64,000 bases of DNA from Dimorphilus gyrociliatus (GCA_904063045.1 CAJFCJ010000011.1:1238598-1302597), one strand, 5' to 3'; shown: positions 36,690 to 50,900, counted from the stretch's first letter. The notes: generated by a model from the letters alone, not told the origin. A program made the numbers and translations.

Positions 36690-37992
36690 ATTTTGTCCTT
36701 TCTCTCCTTTCTCTGCTCTGTCTCACTGTTTCCGGAGTAGTGATTGCATAGTATATGTGATATACTTTTAATTATCTTTTTAATTCACAAAAGCTACTTT
36801 GCAAAAAGGTTACTAAAGGAGATAGAGAATGTAACCTATAATTAACAAGTTATTAATGATTTTGACATGCAGTATTAATGTCTATTGGTCATTGTTCCAT
36901 AACAATTATGGGGTTTAGAATAGTTCAAACAAAGTCAGTGTTATTTTGCATTTAGTGTAAGAATGAATCAAGTTAAGAAAATATTTGCTGAATGTTCTTA
37001 CCTTTAATCTCAAATAATGGAATATTCCAAGATGAGTACTGATATCAACGGCATTAATTAACATAAAAGATGTTTGTTGACTAGTAGATCACAAACTTTT
37101 AATTAGTAATTTGTCATACATGAGTCCTTTTATTGGATGATTGACTCTACTCGTCTATGGTGTCACGGGGGTCGACAGAAAACGTCCACCATTGAGAAAT
37201 TTCAAGACTAGATTTTCGACGATCCAGGATGCTATTATAAAGATTAATGAATTATTAATAAATTTCCCATAAACATTTTATAAAAAATCTATTTAAGATA
37301 GATTGCCATATGCTAATATCATAAAGTTAAAAAATTAAGCCTGTTGTTGAATGATGATGTAACTGATAAAGTAAAATTTGTACCAATGCCAACAGAGAAA
37401 TTGTCAGCATTGTTAATAAAAGATATAGCAATTAGTCAATTCTTTCCATATTAATTAATTTTTCATTTAATGAACAATTGAATATTTTTATTAACCTTTA
37501 ACAGATTAAGGATACTATCTTTACAAGTTTTCATAATCTTAGGATGATGGATGACAAAAACAACAAAAAAGATCTTATCAATTTTGGTTTGTATTTGAGA
37601 AATCTATTAACTAAAATGAAGAAATAGAGCGATAATACAGAATTTTCTACATTTTAAAATCCATTTTTTTCTATTTTCATTGAATGCCTTTCAATACAAA
37701 CATATTTTCTTCTATGTCATTTTCTTTCTTCTCCAAATAATTCTGTCTCCTTCATTGTACAATTAATGATAATGGAGGCAATCCTAATACTACTCTGTAG
37801 GCCTAAAGATAATATTCCCCCTATGAAAAAATAATAATCCTGTAAGAAATGTCCTATAATTTCATTTTTTTCATCCTCCAGAGTCAAAATGAAGATTGAC
37901 GACAAAATATAAAAAATTATTTGATACACTGTTGAATTAGGGTCACAGTAAGAATCTTTAATACCAGTTATTCTGTTTATTAATCAACTTAG

Positions 37993-40900
37993 ACATGTTG
38001 AGGGAATTTTGATGGGAAAACTGTTGAATCATAGTTTATTTTCTTATGTAAAATTTGACCAATTACCATTGTATCTTTCTAATGACATATGTAGAAAACT
38101 GGGATATGATAATCTTCATTCATTCATTTCAATGAAACCAATTAATGTTAATGAAAAGAATAATTTCCTTGTATTACAAAAACAAAGTAGAAATTGTTGT
38201 ATATTGTAAGTTTTTGTACAGTTTTTTCTTATTTTTGGTAATATATTTTTTAATCAACTTAAAGAATGGAAGATAGAACAAAAGAAAATATGGTTCTTCA
38301 ATTGAGATGTTTCAGAAAGAATTCATCATGTATTTGATATTTTCCTACAGAGGATTTTTTTTTAATTATCTATTTTCTTTACAAAAATATCAGATATTTT
38401 TGCCTTAGAAACTCTTGGTGAAAAATATTGCTTATATTTAAGAAATTTTGGACAAAATTTTATTATTCACAAAAGTTTAAAAAATGCAAAAAGTCTTTGT
38501 AGAATGATGAATTTTTTTATGAAAATCAAATAGAAGAGAATGCAACTTATGGCGTTGAGTTTGTTTTATCAGCAAATCGCCAATATGTTGTTACATTTAA
38601 AACAAAGAAAAAAGAGTTAGCAGTTAATTGTTCATTTCAAGATCTTGATGGTATTCTTTTGATATTTAGAAATATTTAAAAACTTTATCATCCAAATAAA
38701 ATTTCTAGATGTTGAATTAAAAACAAAGAATATCTATATAGCATTTTGGAATTCTGTTTTTTTTGGTTTCCATAATGAAACTTTTCAAAATTATTTTCTT
38801 AAATCAAAAACATTTGGGATTCTTCCTATATATTTCAACTCAATAATACATGAAACATTTGTATGTGGATTTATATGTGATTTAATGAAAATGACATTTC
38901 AAGAAGAAAATTGTAAAAGCTTTAATTCAGTTCAAAAAGTTGGTTTTTTTCTTTTTTCCAAAAACTGTGTTTAATTGATAATTAAAATATATATATTTTC
39001 TACAGAAACACTTTCTAGTCATAAGTCTTTGCCATAAAGAAGAAGATGGAAAAATATTTTGTTCTCTTTCTAAGCCAAACAATGAAGCAAAATACAAAAT
39101 ATTAAAAGTGATTTGTATAGAAATATCTGAGAACTGTAAGTAAATATTTCAAAAATTATGAACAATAGCTTATCCCTTTTTACTCCTAACTGTGAATTTA
39201 CAAATTTTTTACAATGTGATTATCATATTTATACATCACTTTGTAGGATTCTTTTATCATTATTAGTAAAATATGGAACAGACCATTTATTTTAAAATCG
39301 TTTGTGCAGTTGACAGAATATTTCAAATTGAAAATATTGAATTCTATTTGACACACTCTAAAAAAAATGAATTCTCTATTGAAGGAGTTTTAAAAGCTAA
39401 AGAAAGAAAAAGCAATTTACATTTTTTCATTGAATATAATAAAAATATTCCAAGTGAAGTATTTAACTATTTTTGCAATGGTATTGGCCACAATTCACTC
39501 CACTCCCTTTCCTATCCATGGAGGATAGCAAGAAAGAAAAACACTTTTCTTGCTGAAATAACGTTTATTGATAGGAAATTCTGCTGTTTTTCGTAAGTAT
39601 GTTAATTGAAAAAGTAAACAAAAGTGTGATTTGCTGAAGAAAAATGTAATCAATATTAATTGGTTGTTGGTTTCCAACAGACGAGTCAGAGTTAATCAAA
39701 ATTCAAATGGAACATATCTTACCTGTTTTACAAAAAGTTAAAGATTTTAAATTTAGTTTTATTTTTCTAATCAAACTGAATTCGATTTAAAATAAATACA
39801 ACTTTTCAGTATTAAAGAAGGAGAATTTTATAAACTTTACTTTGAAAGCAATTCAATATTTTACAAAGTATTTTCTCATTCTGAAAATAGAAAAGAACTT
39901 TGTGGGAAAAGTGGATTCATTCTGAAAAAGTCTAGATTACTAGATAAATCACCTTTAAAGATCAATGAAATTTTTTTCAATTCAACCACATCACTATTTA
40001 CTATTAAAATTCCATTAAATAGCTTTCATGTTAATTGTTTATATTCTGAATTAGATGGTTTTTTTATAGTTTTCTTTTTAGTTTCAAACTAATTTTCTTT
40101 TCAATTATTTCAGATTTAAAAATTTTAAATTTTAGCCAAGCTACCTCTGTTGAAAAATATTTCTTTTCATTTATAAAAATAATTAATATAACTTTCTATA
40201 TAAAATCAAAATCTTTTGGATTATTACTTCCAGATCCAAATGCTTTTAAGCATGAAGCTACTCTTTGCCAAATTATTTGTGGTTATTTTTCTATGGTATT
40301 AAAGGATGACACTTGTCGTATTGACTTTTATAAGTCTGTTGTGTGTATATTATCATTTTTTCTGTTGTTAAAAGATTACATATATAATCCCTACTGAAAA
40401 AAGTATCCACCATTATTACTCTGTAAGTACTATGAAAAAACTTTTGAAAACTGTTTCGAAGACTACCAAGATACCGTAACTACCTTTCTTAGTTTATTCG
40501 CGTATGTCGCACCAGAATGTGAAAGAGTAGATCTTCAATCTAATGCTAGTAAGTTTCTTTTTAAATATATATTATAGACAAAGTGGTAAAGTGAAAAATT
40601 TAAGGCTTTAGACTCTACAATAACTCAAAAAATATACTATACCTTGGACAGAACCATTCTTTTAAAAAATTTGCTGGAAGATTTCAATTTTTTAAAGTTA
40701 TATGGTTTGATTTTGAAATGCTCTACTATTATGAAATTCAACAAATATGCATATCATTTGGATTTAAGCATGGAACACTTATTAAGGAAAAGCCACAAAT
40801 TGACTTAATGGAGTCAAATAATCGAATGCTGACACAAATGTCATTTCTGTACAAATTTCAATGTAATAAAAGTATGATTTCACTTCAGGATTGCCTTATG

Positions 40901-43900
40901 AATTATAAACAAAAGTTTATTTATTAGCCCAAATAATAATATTATCGTTGTAAATATTTTATTTTTTTAGAACCCTTAATTCCTATAGAAAAAGATTTCT
41001 TGTAGTCTTTTTTGTTAAGTGTTCAAACAGGTCTACAATTAGTATGTTTATAAATTGAAATGAATAGATAAAAACATTTCAATTTCTATTTGCATATTAA
41101 AAATCTAATTGGTAGTTTAGATTGTCCTGGTGATAAAGTCACAATTATTGATGATATTTGCTATCATTCATTCTATTTGAAAAATCCAATGAATATTGAA
41201 CAGACAAAATATTTTTGTGAAAGAAAAAATCTAACACTTTCAGATTTTCCAACGTTAGATAAACGCTTTATTTTTTTTATTCTAAGTAATTCATATGTAT
41301 TGGAAAGTTCACTCACTTCTCGGGAAATAATGAGATTTTCAGCCTTGACAAATATTACTCAGATAGGCTTTGGTAATGTATTTATACTGTAAAAAACAAC
41401 GTAAAATAACTGTTAAAGGTTTCTGTAAAAAAACAAACAGTTTATATAGAACGGAACATTCATATGAAGAAAAGATATCAAACAAGTAGTGGAATCACTG
41501 TGGACTTGCCAATTTTTATAAGTAACAATGTAAAAAAAAGAATATATACAGTACTGGACATTAGTCATAGTTATACAATAGTTATGATTTCTTCATTTTC
41601 TTTTTTCAAAGAAAAGATATATTATATTTAAAAATACTCTTTTTATCTTTATAGAAAGAAGATGTATGTTTTTGGTTAGAATTCTCCAAAATTTCAATAT
41701 TTTATTGCGGTAGGCCTATTTTAAAAGGGAAGCATAAGTAATTGCTACAATCATAAAAATTTTATTTAAAAACAATTCTAATCATTTTATTTTCTTATTT
41801 TTACTGTTAATGCCGTAGTATTTTGTAGTATTTAAACTTGATGTACTCCCTCCCTCACAATATCACTGTTTTTGTTGCGTATTTGATCATTTCATTTTCC
41901 TGATGGTCTTCTAACAAACTTTCCCCTCCTAGGGTGCATCTTAACCTTTGATTCATCAGAAAAAGTTAACTTTTTTCCAAATCTGAATCTTCCACTTTCT
42001 TTTCTCTTTACAGAAGTCCTTTCTATATCTTATATGCCTCTTGAATAAAGCTGATTTTTTTACCACAATTCTACTATATGAATTATTTTTTAAATATTTG
42101 TTTCACTGTTGTCAATGAAAGTATTATTAGTTTGTCAGAGTTATACAATATCTGACAGGTTTGATTAGGATGTCCTTATAATTTGCCTTTCCATCCTTAG
42201 TGTCTACCACTCTTTGATTTATCTTCACTATTTTTAGCATTTGAAACTTCTTTTTTGTGTTTTGTGCTCTGGTTGGGCTGCATTTAAAAATCTTAGGCGC
42301 TTTTGAAATGAACATTTAAAGTTTTTAAAGAGAGTTTAAAATATAAATTCTTATTGTTTCTGATAGCTTCACTATTGTATTTTAAATTTGTGATTATGTC
42401 AGATTACACACATATGCACACACACATAAATGATTTTAAAGTCCAGTTAAAAGTGACACTACCCAATGTTGAGGGTAAATTTTCTGAACATAACTGATGC
42501 TTATTCCGTGCCCTAAAAAAGCCTATCACATTTTAAAAATTATCTTTTTGAGATTTAAAACAAAAAATATAAATTTTCTCTCTAGAATTGGAGGAATCTG
42601 GGGTAATAATGATTAATGGCCTGTACTCTATAAATACAAATAATATTTAATGTACTTTCTTACTCAAGCAGCCTCATAATTTGTTTGATAGTATAAATAG
42701 CAAAATAAAATTTAGATCTGACAAAAATGACGGATGGTCTGACTCTATTTGTTTATCTACAAACTTTCCTGTAAGAGTTTTAATCAGAATTAATTTAGAT
42801 GGAAATACAAAAAAGTTGTATTTTTTTCATACACAATCCAAAAAATCTTTGCCTAATGTCACTAAAATTAATTATGTCCACACTTCTATAAAAAAAACTT
42901 TGAATAATCCGAATAATATCCTTCTATAAAAATTCATTTTATTTGAAAAAACATTTAGAAAAACATATAATTGAATATTTTTATTTTATTAGGACATTTC
43001 TAAAGTGTACAATATGGTTCGCGGTGGCTTAAATGGAAACAAAAAAGAGATGTATAATTAAAGTTTTTTCATTCAGTATGTTTTTGTTGATTTTGTTGAT
43101 ATATTAATCTCTTCAGGCTTCTTTTACACAATGACTTGATGATCAAATATATAAGTTGCTTAGAGAAAATGTCAATACCAAAAATTTGTTACCAAAGTTC
43201 CGGTATAAACTATTACAAAAAAAACAAAAATTTGTGAAATCATTCATTCTTCTATTTGAAAGTTTTTAATAGAGAAGATAATTTAGAAATTAAAAATGAA
43301 GAAAACCAAATGAATTTATTACTGAACATATTTTTTTGCCATGTTACTAAAAATTATATAAATAATATTTATCAATGTGATGGATACAATGATTGCAGGC
43401 ATCATGAAGATGAAGAGGTAAAACAATGCAGATTTCGTGATTTCTATTATTTTGAATGCTTTAACTCCAATGAAAAAATTGACTATATGAAAGTTTGCAA
43501 TTATCAAAATGATTGTTCAGATGGATCGGATGAGCAATATTGCAGTTAGTTTAAACAAATATCTATCTTAGACACAAAGTTAATTCATTAGTTAACAAAA
43601 CAGAACATGAAAAATGCTCAGAAAATTATGAGTTAGTAATATTTTTACTTTGATTAATTATATAAAACTATATTATAATCGTTTCTATCAAAATGAAGAA
43701 AATGTAAAAATCAACAATGTGTTCACAATGATCACATCTGTGACAATGAAAGAAACTGTTTTGATCATAGTGATGAATTTTGTTGGCAAAAAAATGCGAT
43801 AGCAGAAATATACAAGAAAGGTATTACTGTGGTTAGATCTTCAGAGCATTGCAATACTCTTTCTCTTGTATATCTTTACAAAGGTTGCAATAAAAAGTTT

Positions 43901-44653
43901 CAACATGAATGTGAAGATCACTGCATACCAAACTTTTACAAAAATGATGGAAAGAAAGACTGTAACAATGATGAGGGAGAACGTAGAAACATCTTTAAAC
44001 CAAATAATACATCCTGCTATTTTATAAGAAATTCTTTAGGAATACTTGAAAGTGATCTATTTTTAATAAGTTATCCTTGCATTAGAACTTCCTGTCCACA
44101 AGGCCAATATTTATGTCAAAGAAATAATTATTGTATATCCATAGAAATGATATGTGACAACATTAAAGATTGCTATATGGGTGATGATGAAACTGACTGT
44201 GGTTGGAATCTTTGAATTCTTTTACTTCAATTATATTACCTAGAAAATATATAAATATATTCTATTTTAGACAATTTCAGTCCAAAAGGATATTTCAAAT
44301 GTAGAAAAGAACAGGTTTTTATCACTCTTTCAAAAGTATGTGACAACATTGTGAATTGCTTGCATGGAAGTGATGAGCTTCTCTGTTCAATTAAAATAAT
44401 TCCTTCAATACCAAACTGTCATTCATATAGAAACACTGAACTGTCTTGTCACTTTTCTATAGATGGCATTAAAAATGTAAATGATAATTTTCATGAAATT
44501 TTTACAAATGTCAATACTTTAAAGCATTTGAAAAGAATAACAATAAATGGTCCAATGCCAAATAATTTTCTTCAATTTCCTTCATTCGTGCTCAACTATT
44601 TGAGTGTTGAAAATACATTCAACTGGAATTTCACATCAGCGGCAAAGTTATAA
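37993..44653 (+). pseudogene. GRL101/LGR-like locus C: ectodomain only (SRCR-like modules, C-type lectin, LDLa, first LRR), truncated before the 7TM
   Basis: NDICRKLGY, KSLCRMMNF, YFCNGIGH and QICISFGF...CNKSMISLQDC modules; lectin exon from 41121; LDLa at 43350-44390; stop at 44651-44653 with no 7TM downstream; frameshift at the T7 run 38512-38518. Start not identified. Confidence 0.62.
41549..42450 (-). mobile_element. Degenerate Tc1-like transposon in an intron of locus C (right boundary approximate)
   Basis: Minus strand W-K-K-V-x-F-S-D-E-S-K (frameshifted) ...KFVRRPSG...YATKTV matches the Tc1 DDE N-terminal block; TA-CAGTACTGGACA terminus at 41547-41560. Confidence 0.65.
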
Positions 44654-44756
44654 TTCAATTAGCCCTCTTAAGATGCGATCATTTTATAATCTAATTGGCC
44701 CTCCTAAGGTGTGGTTAAGATATAATTCAATTACTCCACCCAAGTGTTGGATGTTG
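44649..44756. repeat. Three diverged 36-bp tandem units
   Basis: Units start at 44649, 44685 and 44721: TATAATTCAATTAGCCC / TATAATCTAATTGGCCC / TATAATTCAATTACTCC. Confidence 0.6.
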
Positions 44757-45519
44757 TAACTTTGTGTTACTAAAGATAAATATGAATTAGACAATGTACC
44801 AATTTTAAAATGATGATTGGATATGAGAGGCAAACTTCAAAATATTTGAACAGTTTCTGTTCTACCTAAAATATGGCATAGCAATCTAATCATTGAGGAA
44901 GATCACCTGGAAACAATCTCCCCTGGAGTAAGCCTTGTACTCCTGAATGTTGGATGCTAGTTTTGGAATGTGGCAACCTGGTATTACAAACTATCTACTC
45001 TGCTATTGAATTTCCATATTGTTGCTTGCTTACGTATTTTACTTTTTAAAATATTTGAATTAAACATTTGTTTAAAGCTTTGAGTAGAAGCAGTACCTTT
45101 GTAACTTGCAAATGCATAAATTGGCCAAGCAAGAGCAGTACAATATGATAACTTATCATTACAATCTGGCCTTAATTGAGCATTCGTGCTTCTTGTAGTT
45201 TTTATCAAAAAAATTTGTTTAAGGTGTCTTTTATAAAGAAATTTTTGGATATATATTTACCTCTTTCTCTCTTGTGAGTCTATTCTTTACTCTTTCCTTA
45301 TTAAGACCATTAGTAATCCAAGGTTAAAGCAAGGTTACTTGAAATTAGATCAATTATCGCTTGTATACATATTCAATTAAAAATTGTTTTAAAAAAATTA
45401 TTACAGAAAGTGAATTTGAAAAAAAGTGAATACATTTTCCATAAATTATTACAGAAATGGAACATTTTTTGAATGACATTCAAATATTCAAACTAACCCT
45501 TTCTTAAAATTTTCCATCT

Positions 45520-45680
45520 TCATTCATTGAACTTTCCAATAAATATGAAAAACATAACGTTTTTCTTAAACTGTGATTGTCTCAAAAATATTTGCTCTGT
45601 TCAATAGTCATTGGACTTTTCACATAGAATGAATGATAACAGATGTCATCAATAATTATAACTTTATCACCTGGACATTC
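45520..45680 (-). pseudogene. Inverted, decayed paralog of the C-type lectin exon of locus C
   Basis: ECPGDKVIIIDDICYHSFYVKSPMTIEQSKYF* versus DCPGDKVTIIDDICYHSFYLKNPMNIEQTKYFCE at 41121. Confidence 0.85.
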
Positions 45681-45761
45681 TTAATTATAATTTTTTATGA
45701 ATGAAATTAGAATGTTTTCATCATTTAATTAAAGTCACCTATTGTAGACTTGTTTGAACAT

Positions 45762-46200
45762 TCAACAGAACTTCATCAATCTATTTTTATCCAGATTTAA
45801 ATCTGTTGGATGTTTTGGTCTTTTATTCTCTTTATATCTAGAAGCTTTTCTTCTTAGTGATTCTAATTTTGGCAAGTCTTCAATTTTAACTTTAATTTTA
45901 AGGAAAATATCTTCTGCTATTCTTTTACTAGTTTTTTCATTGTCACCATTTGCCATTTCTTTCAAATCTATTCTTGACTGAAGAACATTTTCCAGATTTT
46001 TAGGACACTTATGAAGATGGTCTTTATTTTTTACAATAAACTTTGATCCTTTTTGTAATATGTATGCAGGACAAAGAGCGTTAGCATATCTTTGAGTACA
46101 TCTCTAGGTGATTCTATTTTTAGTATTTCTTTTCACGAAATATTAACAATTTTTGTGTAAAAGTAAGTCTTTACCTTTTGTGCTTCCGCCTACAACAATT
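45762..46200 (-). mobile_element. FLYWCH-containing Mutator-like (MULE) transposase remnant
   Basis: GSTKGKDLLLHKNC*YFVKRNTKNRIT*RCTQRYANALCPAYI...DHLHKC (FLYWCH with Trp to TAG), then LPKLESLRRKASRYKENKRPKHP, typical of MULE N-termini. Confidence 0.65.
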
Positions 46201-46501
46201 TTGAAGTAATCTCTTTCAGTGTCTATGATAGTACACTGCTTTTTCATCTCAAGCGAAGTTTCATCACTTATGCCAACTCTCTTTGCCTTATTTTGTCTAT
46301 TTTCAGTTTTGGTTTGTTGATAATTATCAATTTACTTTAATTTAATAGATAATTTTCTTTTCCTTACATCATGACAATCAGAACAACAATATGAATCTTA
46401 AAATATAAGTGATAAAACATTTATTATTACAGTATCAGACCACTTTTAAAATGGCTTCTTGTTGCTTTTCTTGCGAAACAAAAAATATATAAAAAGTATT
46501 A

Positions 46502-47734
46502 GGTACAATCAAAAAGTTCTGTACGTTTTGTATTAATAGTAGTTAGCTTATTTTAATAATTTTTTTTTATATTATAGCCTATAGTCTACTCTAGAAAAAT
46601 TAACTATTCTATTCCTTAATAGTCCCCCCCCCCATTGTTTATACATGTCTGCCATTTGGATGGAAGTAGATCTATCCCATTCTGATAAAAGGAGGATGGT
46701 TTTCTCCTAAAAAATTCCCTCACATCTTTTTTTAGCTTATCCAAATTTTCGTAATCAACTCCTCTGATATGATCTTTCACTTGTCCAAACAGGTAAAAAT
46801 CAGATGGGGCCAAATCAGGGCTGATGTGGACAGACAGACCATCCCTGATTTCTGATAAAATCAGTTGTGTAGAGACTGGTATGGGGTCTGGCATTATCAT
46901 GCTGTAAAATAATCTGTTTTCTGGCCCTTATCCTATGCAGTCTCCTCCTTAGCCTCTTTAGGGTCTCCACATACTGAATGGAGTTGACTGTTTCACCATA
47001 ATCCATAAATTCAACATGGATTAACCCTCAACTGTCCCAAAAAACTGTACACATCAGTTTTTCAGCTGATTTAGTCATTTTTAGCCTTTTTTCAGGTGCC
47101 CGTGATGTGTGTTTGTAGGTTAGGAAGCCCTCTTTGATTCTGGATCATAGAGATGAACCCAAGATTCATCCCCAGTTACTATTTTTTCTAAAAGTGATTC
47201 TTTTTGTGCATGTATCTATCAAGTAGTTCAATGCAATGACTCACCCTTACCTCTTTTTCATCCTGATCAAGATCATAGGGGATCCATTTAGCACAAATTT
47301 TTCTGTACCCCAGCTCTTTAATCATCTTTCCAACAGCCTCTTGACTAATATCTAATTTTTTGGCAATTGCTCTCTGAGATGTCGTTCAATCTTCCCTGAT
47401 AAGCCTATCAACTGATTCTTTATTTTGATCTGTTAGAGCTGTCTTTGGACTACCAGATCTCAGCAAGTCTTCAAGATTTTTTCTTCCTTTTTTTATTTTA
47501 ATAGCCCACCTTCACTCAGAGTTTCATTCCCAAAATAGCTTTTTAACCTTGTGTAAATATTTTTTGAAGAGGCCTTCTCATGGACTAAAAATTTTGTAAT
47601 GGCTTGACAGAACTGAATGAAAGTTTTCACAATGAAAGTTGACAGATTAAGTAATAGATTTGGAAAGTATCAATAGTATTAGTCAGGCGGTTTTAAAATT
47701 ACAGCAAAAATGTACAGAACTTTAAGATCGTACC
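46502..47734 (-). mobile_element. Full-length-sized (1233 bp) mariner element with inactivated transposase
   Basis: TIRs GGTACAATCAAAAAGTTCTGTAC and GGTACGATCTTAAAGTTCTGTAC (20/23 identical), TA on both flanks. Motifs GRKNLEDLLRSGSP, IVTGDESWV, QHDNARPH and SPDLAPSDF, with frameshifts. Confidence 0.92.
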
Positions 47735-47966
47735 TAATATTAATGCATATGTAGTCTATGCAAGAAAAAATTTCATTAGACATGTTTGTAAGGTAATTAT
47801 TATTTCTATAAAATATATACTACATTATTGAAAAAACAACAGATATCTGTTAAATAGCAATTTCTTTAAAAGCCACTTTAATGTCTTTAATTACAAAATA
47901 TAATAGTTTACTTAAAAATATTAACATGGTTTATAAATAATACATTCTGTTAGTCTTATTGACAAG

Positions 47967-50900
47967 ATGATGTTTTATTATCTGTTAATGCACTTTTGTC
48001 TCTATTTAGAAACAATATCAAGTATTCCCATTAATCATAGATTAATGTTTAAAGTTTACATTGAAACAAATGACAATGTTGAAGGACACTTTGCTTTAAA
48101 TTCATCCGATAAATCTGTATTGACAGCATTTTCTCCAATGTTCATGAATGAAAGTAATGTAATATGCCAGCATTTTGGTTATGATTCAATACATTCTTAT
48201 TCATTTCCTTGTTCTCATGGTCTTAAAATAAGGATATCAGGATATATAAGTGCACCAGATGGAAAATGTTGCCAATTGTTAGTTCCAGATAAGTTTTTTT
48301 ATTGACTATGTCATGTGTACATTCTCTTTGTTAATTAAAACTGTTTTGAGTTGTTCAAATTTTAACTTGATCTTTTCTCAAACATGAATGATAGCAAAAA
48401 ATTTATATCCCTTTTAGAAAAGCCTTATCAAAAGTAAATAATTATGTTTCCTGTTTAAAATGCTATAAAAGAAATAGTACATGCAAGTTTTATTCATATT
48501 TATTATTAATAACTGTGCTAATTGAAAAAAAAAATTCACTTGAACAAATTAGTTATTTATGCTGTTAAAAAGAAATTCAATTTTTATGAGTTATATTTGA
48601 AAAATAGAAAAAATATTTATGTAATTAATAAAAGATCTGAAAACAGAAGAAATCTTTGCAAACAATCCAAATTTTTTATAAAAAATTCATATTCAACTGA
48701 CAATTATACATACATTGTTTCCTATGATGAAAATATGTTATTGGCTATTAAAAAAACCAATGAAACAACAGCTGCACAAACAGTTATGGAATGTAATTAT
48801 GAAGAATTGAATGGTATGTGTCAATAAATTACTTATTATAGTATTTTTTAAAGAGATAACAGAAAATGTTGACATTACAAATTTTGTCAAAAAAATTATA
48901 TTTTCTGTTGACCTACTTTTTTTGAACACATTAAATGCATTATTTTTAAAATAATAGATGTTACTCTATCTTGGTATAATATGAATGAGAAAAGTCATAT
49001 TATCTTTACATTAATGTTTCAAAAAACTAGATTTTTGAATATATTTTTTCTATCAAAAACTTTTGGATCATTTCCACCAATATTTAAATTTATTAATAAA
49101 AGAAATATTAATTATCTCTGCAAAAAGTTGTGCAATGACTTATTTTTAAGTGAAAATTTGGAACACTGCCAAACAACTTTTCCAGATGATAAAAATATGG
49201 TGTATTTAAAAAATATGATATTTTGTTCATATAAATCAAATAATATTTCAAATTGTGATTATCTACCTCATGATATAAAGGATTATCGTATTATAATGCC
49301 AAATTGCCTGAGAAAATTGAATAATACAAGTGAGATATTTACAAAGAACAAATCAATTAAACTTAAAATTGCTAACTTAAAATTAGATTATAAATTTTTT
49401 CCTCTAAACAAGAAAACAAATGAAATTGTTGGCAAACTTAAATATAAATTGCATAAACAATGGATTAATTTCAACTTTATTTATTATTTTGAGCATAGTA
49501 TTCTTTGTAAAAGTTATGGTTATAAATATCCAGTATTTCTAGGACATACAGAAAAATTTCCTACATTTTTATCGACTTATTTATATTGTAAATCAGATGC
49601 TTTACACTTGAATGATTGTTATCTCTTTGTAAAAAGTATAGGGTGAGTTTGCACTTTTTTGGATAAAACTAAATATTTTTGAGTATGATATTCAAAAAAT
49701 CCTTCTAACAAAATAGAAAAGTTCCATTTTCAAGAGTAGAACTTGCTTGTTTCCAACACAGTATTAATACCTAATATCTATCTTCTCTTTTATGTCATAA
49801 ATTTCCTCTTTTTTTATCTCAAAGTTGATCTAGCTTGTTATGCCAAGAATTCTTTTCTTTATGAAAAAGTTTGTTACAGTTTTTTCAAATGGAATACATC
49901 TCTTACTTTTTCTGAAATGAAAGCTAATTGTGAAAAATTAAATTCAACACTAGCAGACTTTCCAAGTACAATGATTGTTAAAGATTTAGCTTTCATATTA
50001 GAAAGATTTTCATACTTATTTGGTTCAATTGATGAATATTTTTTTGATTTTAGAGCATATACTGGTAATGATTTTTAATTTTAAAAAAGTGACAAAAAAC
50101 ACCATTTTTTAAAAAGGGTTAAAAAAGAAAAATTTTAAAGGAAAAAAAATTTATGTAACTTTATCCAACATACCTCTTTCATTTTATTCAAGATATATTA
50201 TGGATGACCTTGTAGTAATATAGACTATGAAAATAGAGGTCATAAACTTCTGATCAGGTCTGTTCGAAATTAGAATGTAATAAAAGAAACTCCATTTTTG
50301 TAAAACTTCATTGATATTTTCTTATGAAAATAAACATTTAAAAAGAGTGTTTAATGCACACCTGATCTGAAAAAGGCCTATATGATTTATCTATAAATAA
50401 ATCGCATTTTATATAAACAGAAAACTAAAGATACTTCATTAAGATCCATCTTTTTTTCTCTCTTAAAAAACAAAGCTGTCATTATGAAAAAATTTAGTGG
50501 AAACTGTTTGGAATTCTCTACTGTAAGTGTTTTTCTTTGGGAAAGGGGGGAGGGATTTGTTGAGAAATCAATGCATTACTTTTTTCAATACATTTTTAGG
50601 ATATATTGGCAGATGTAAATGAAATGATGATAAGTGATTTCAATATAAATCTTTTAAAAGACATTCTATATGTAATTTTTTATATTTATCTTCAGATTGG
50701 AAAGTAATACAGACAAATTGTGATGATATATCAAATAGATATTATATTTGCCAAAAAATACAAAGTAAAAATGATCTAAATTCATGTTTTATATAAGAAA
50801 AAGCTAGAATTTAAATTTAATATTTGATTTAGATGTTGAAAATAATCAAAAACATAGTCTAGAAACTTTTACCAATATTAGTTTTATGGAAACTAATCTA

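Noticed and set aside
37141-37240. Local GC/CpG-rich patch resembling a transposon end or ncRNA
   Set aside because: No partner inverted repeat, cloverleaf or A/B boxes found.
44984-45208. ORF with CNDKLSYC, reminiscent of an ShK domain
   Set aside because: Only two Cys, and the remaining pattern is absent.
45754-45981. 75-aa plus-strand ORF
   Set aside because: Antisense shadow of the MULE remnant.
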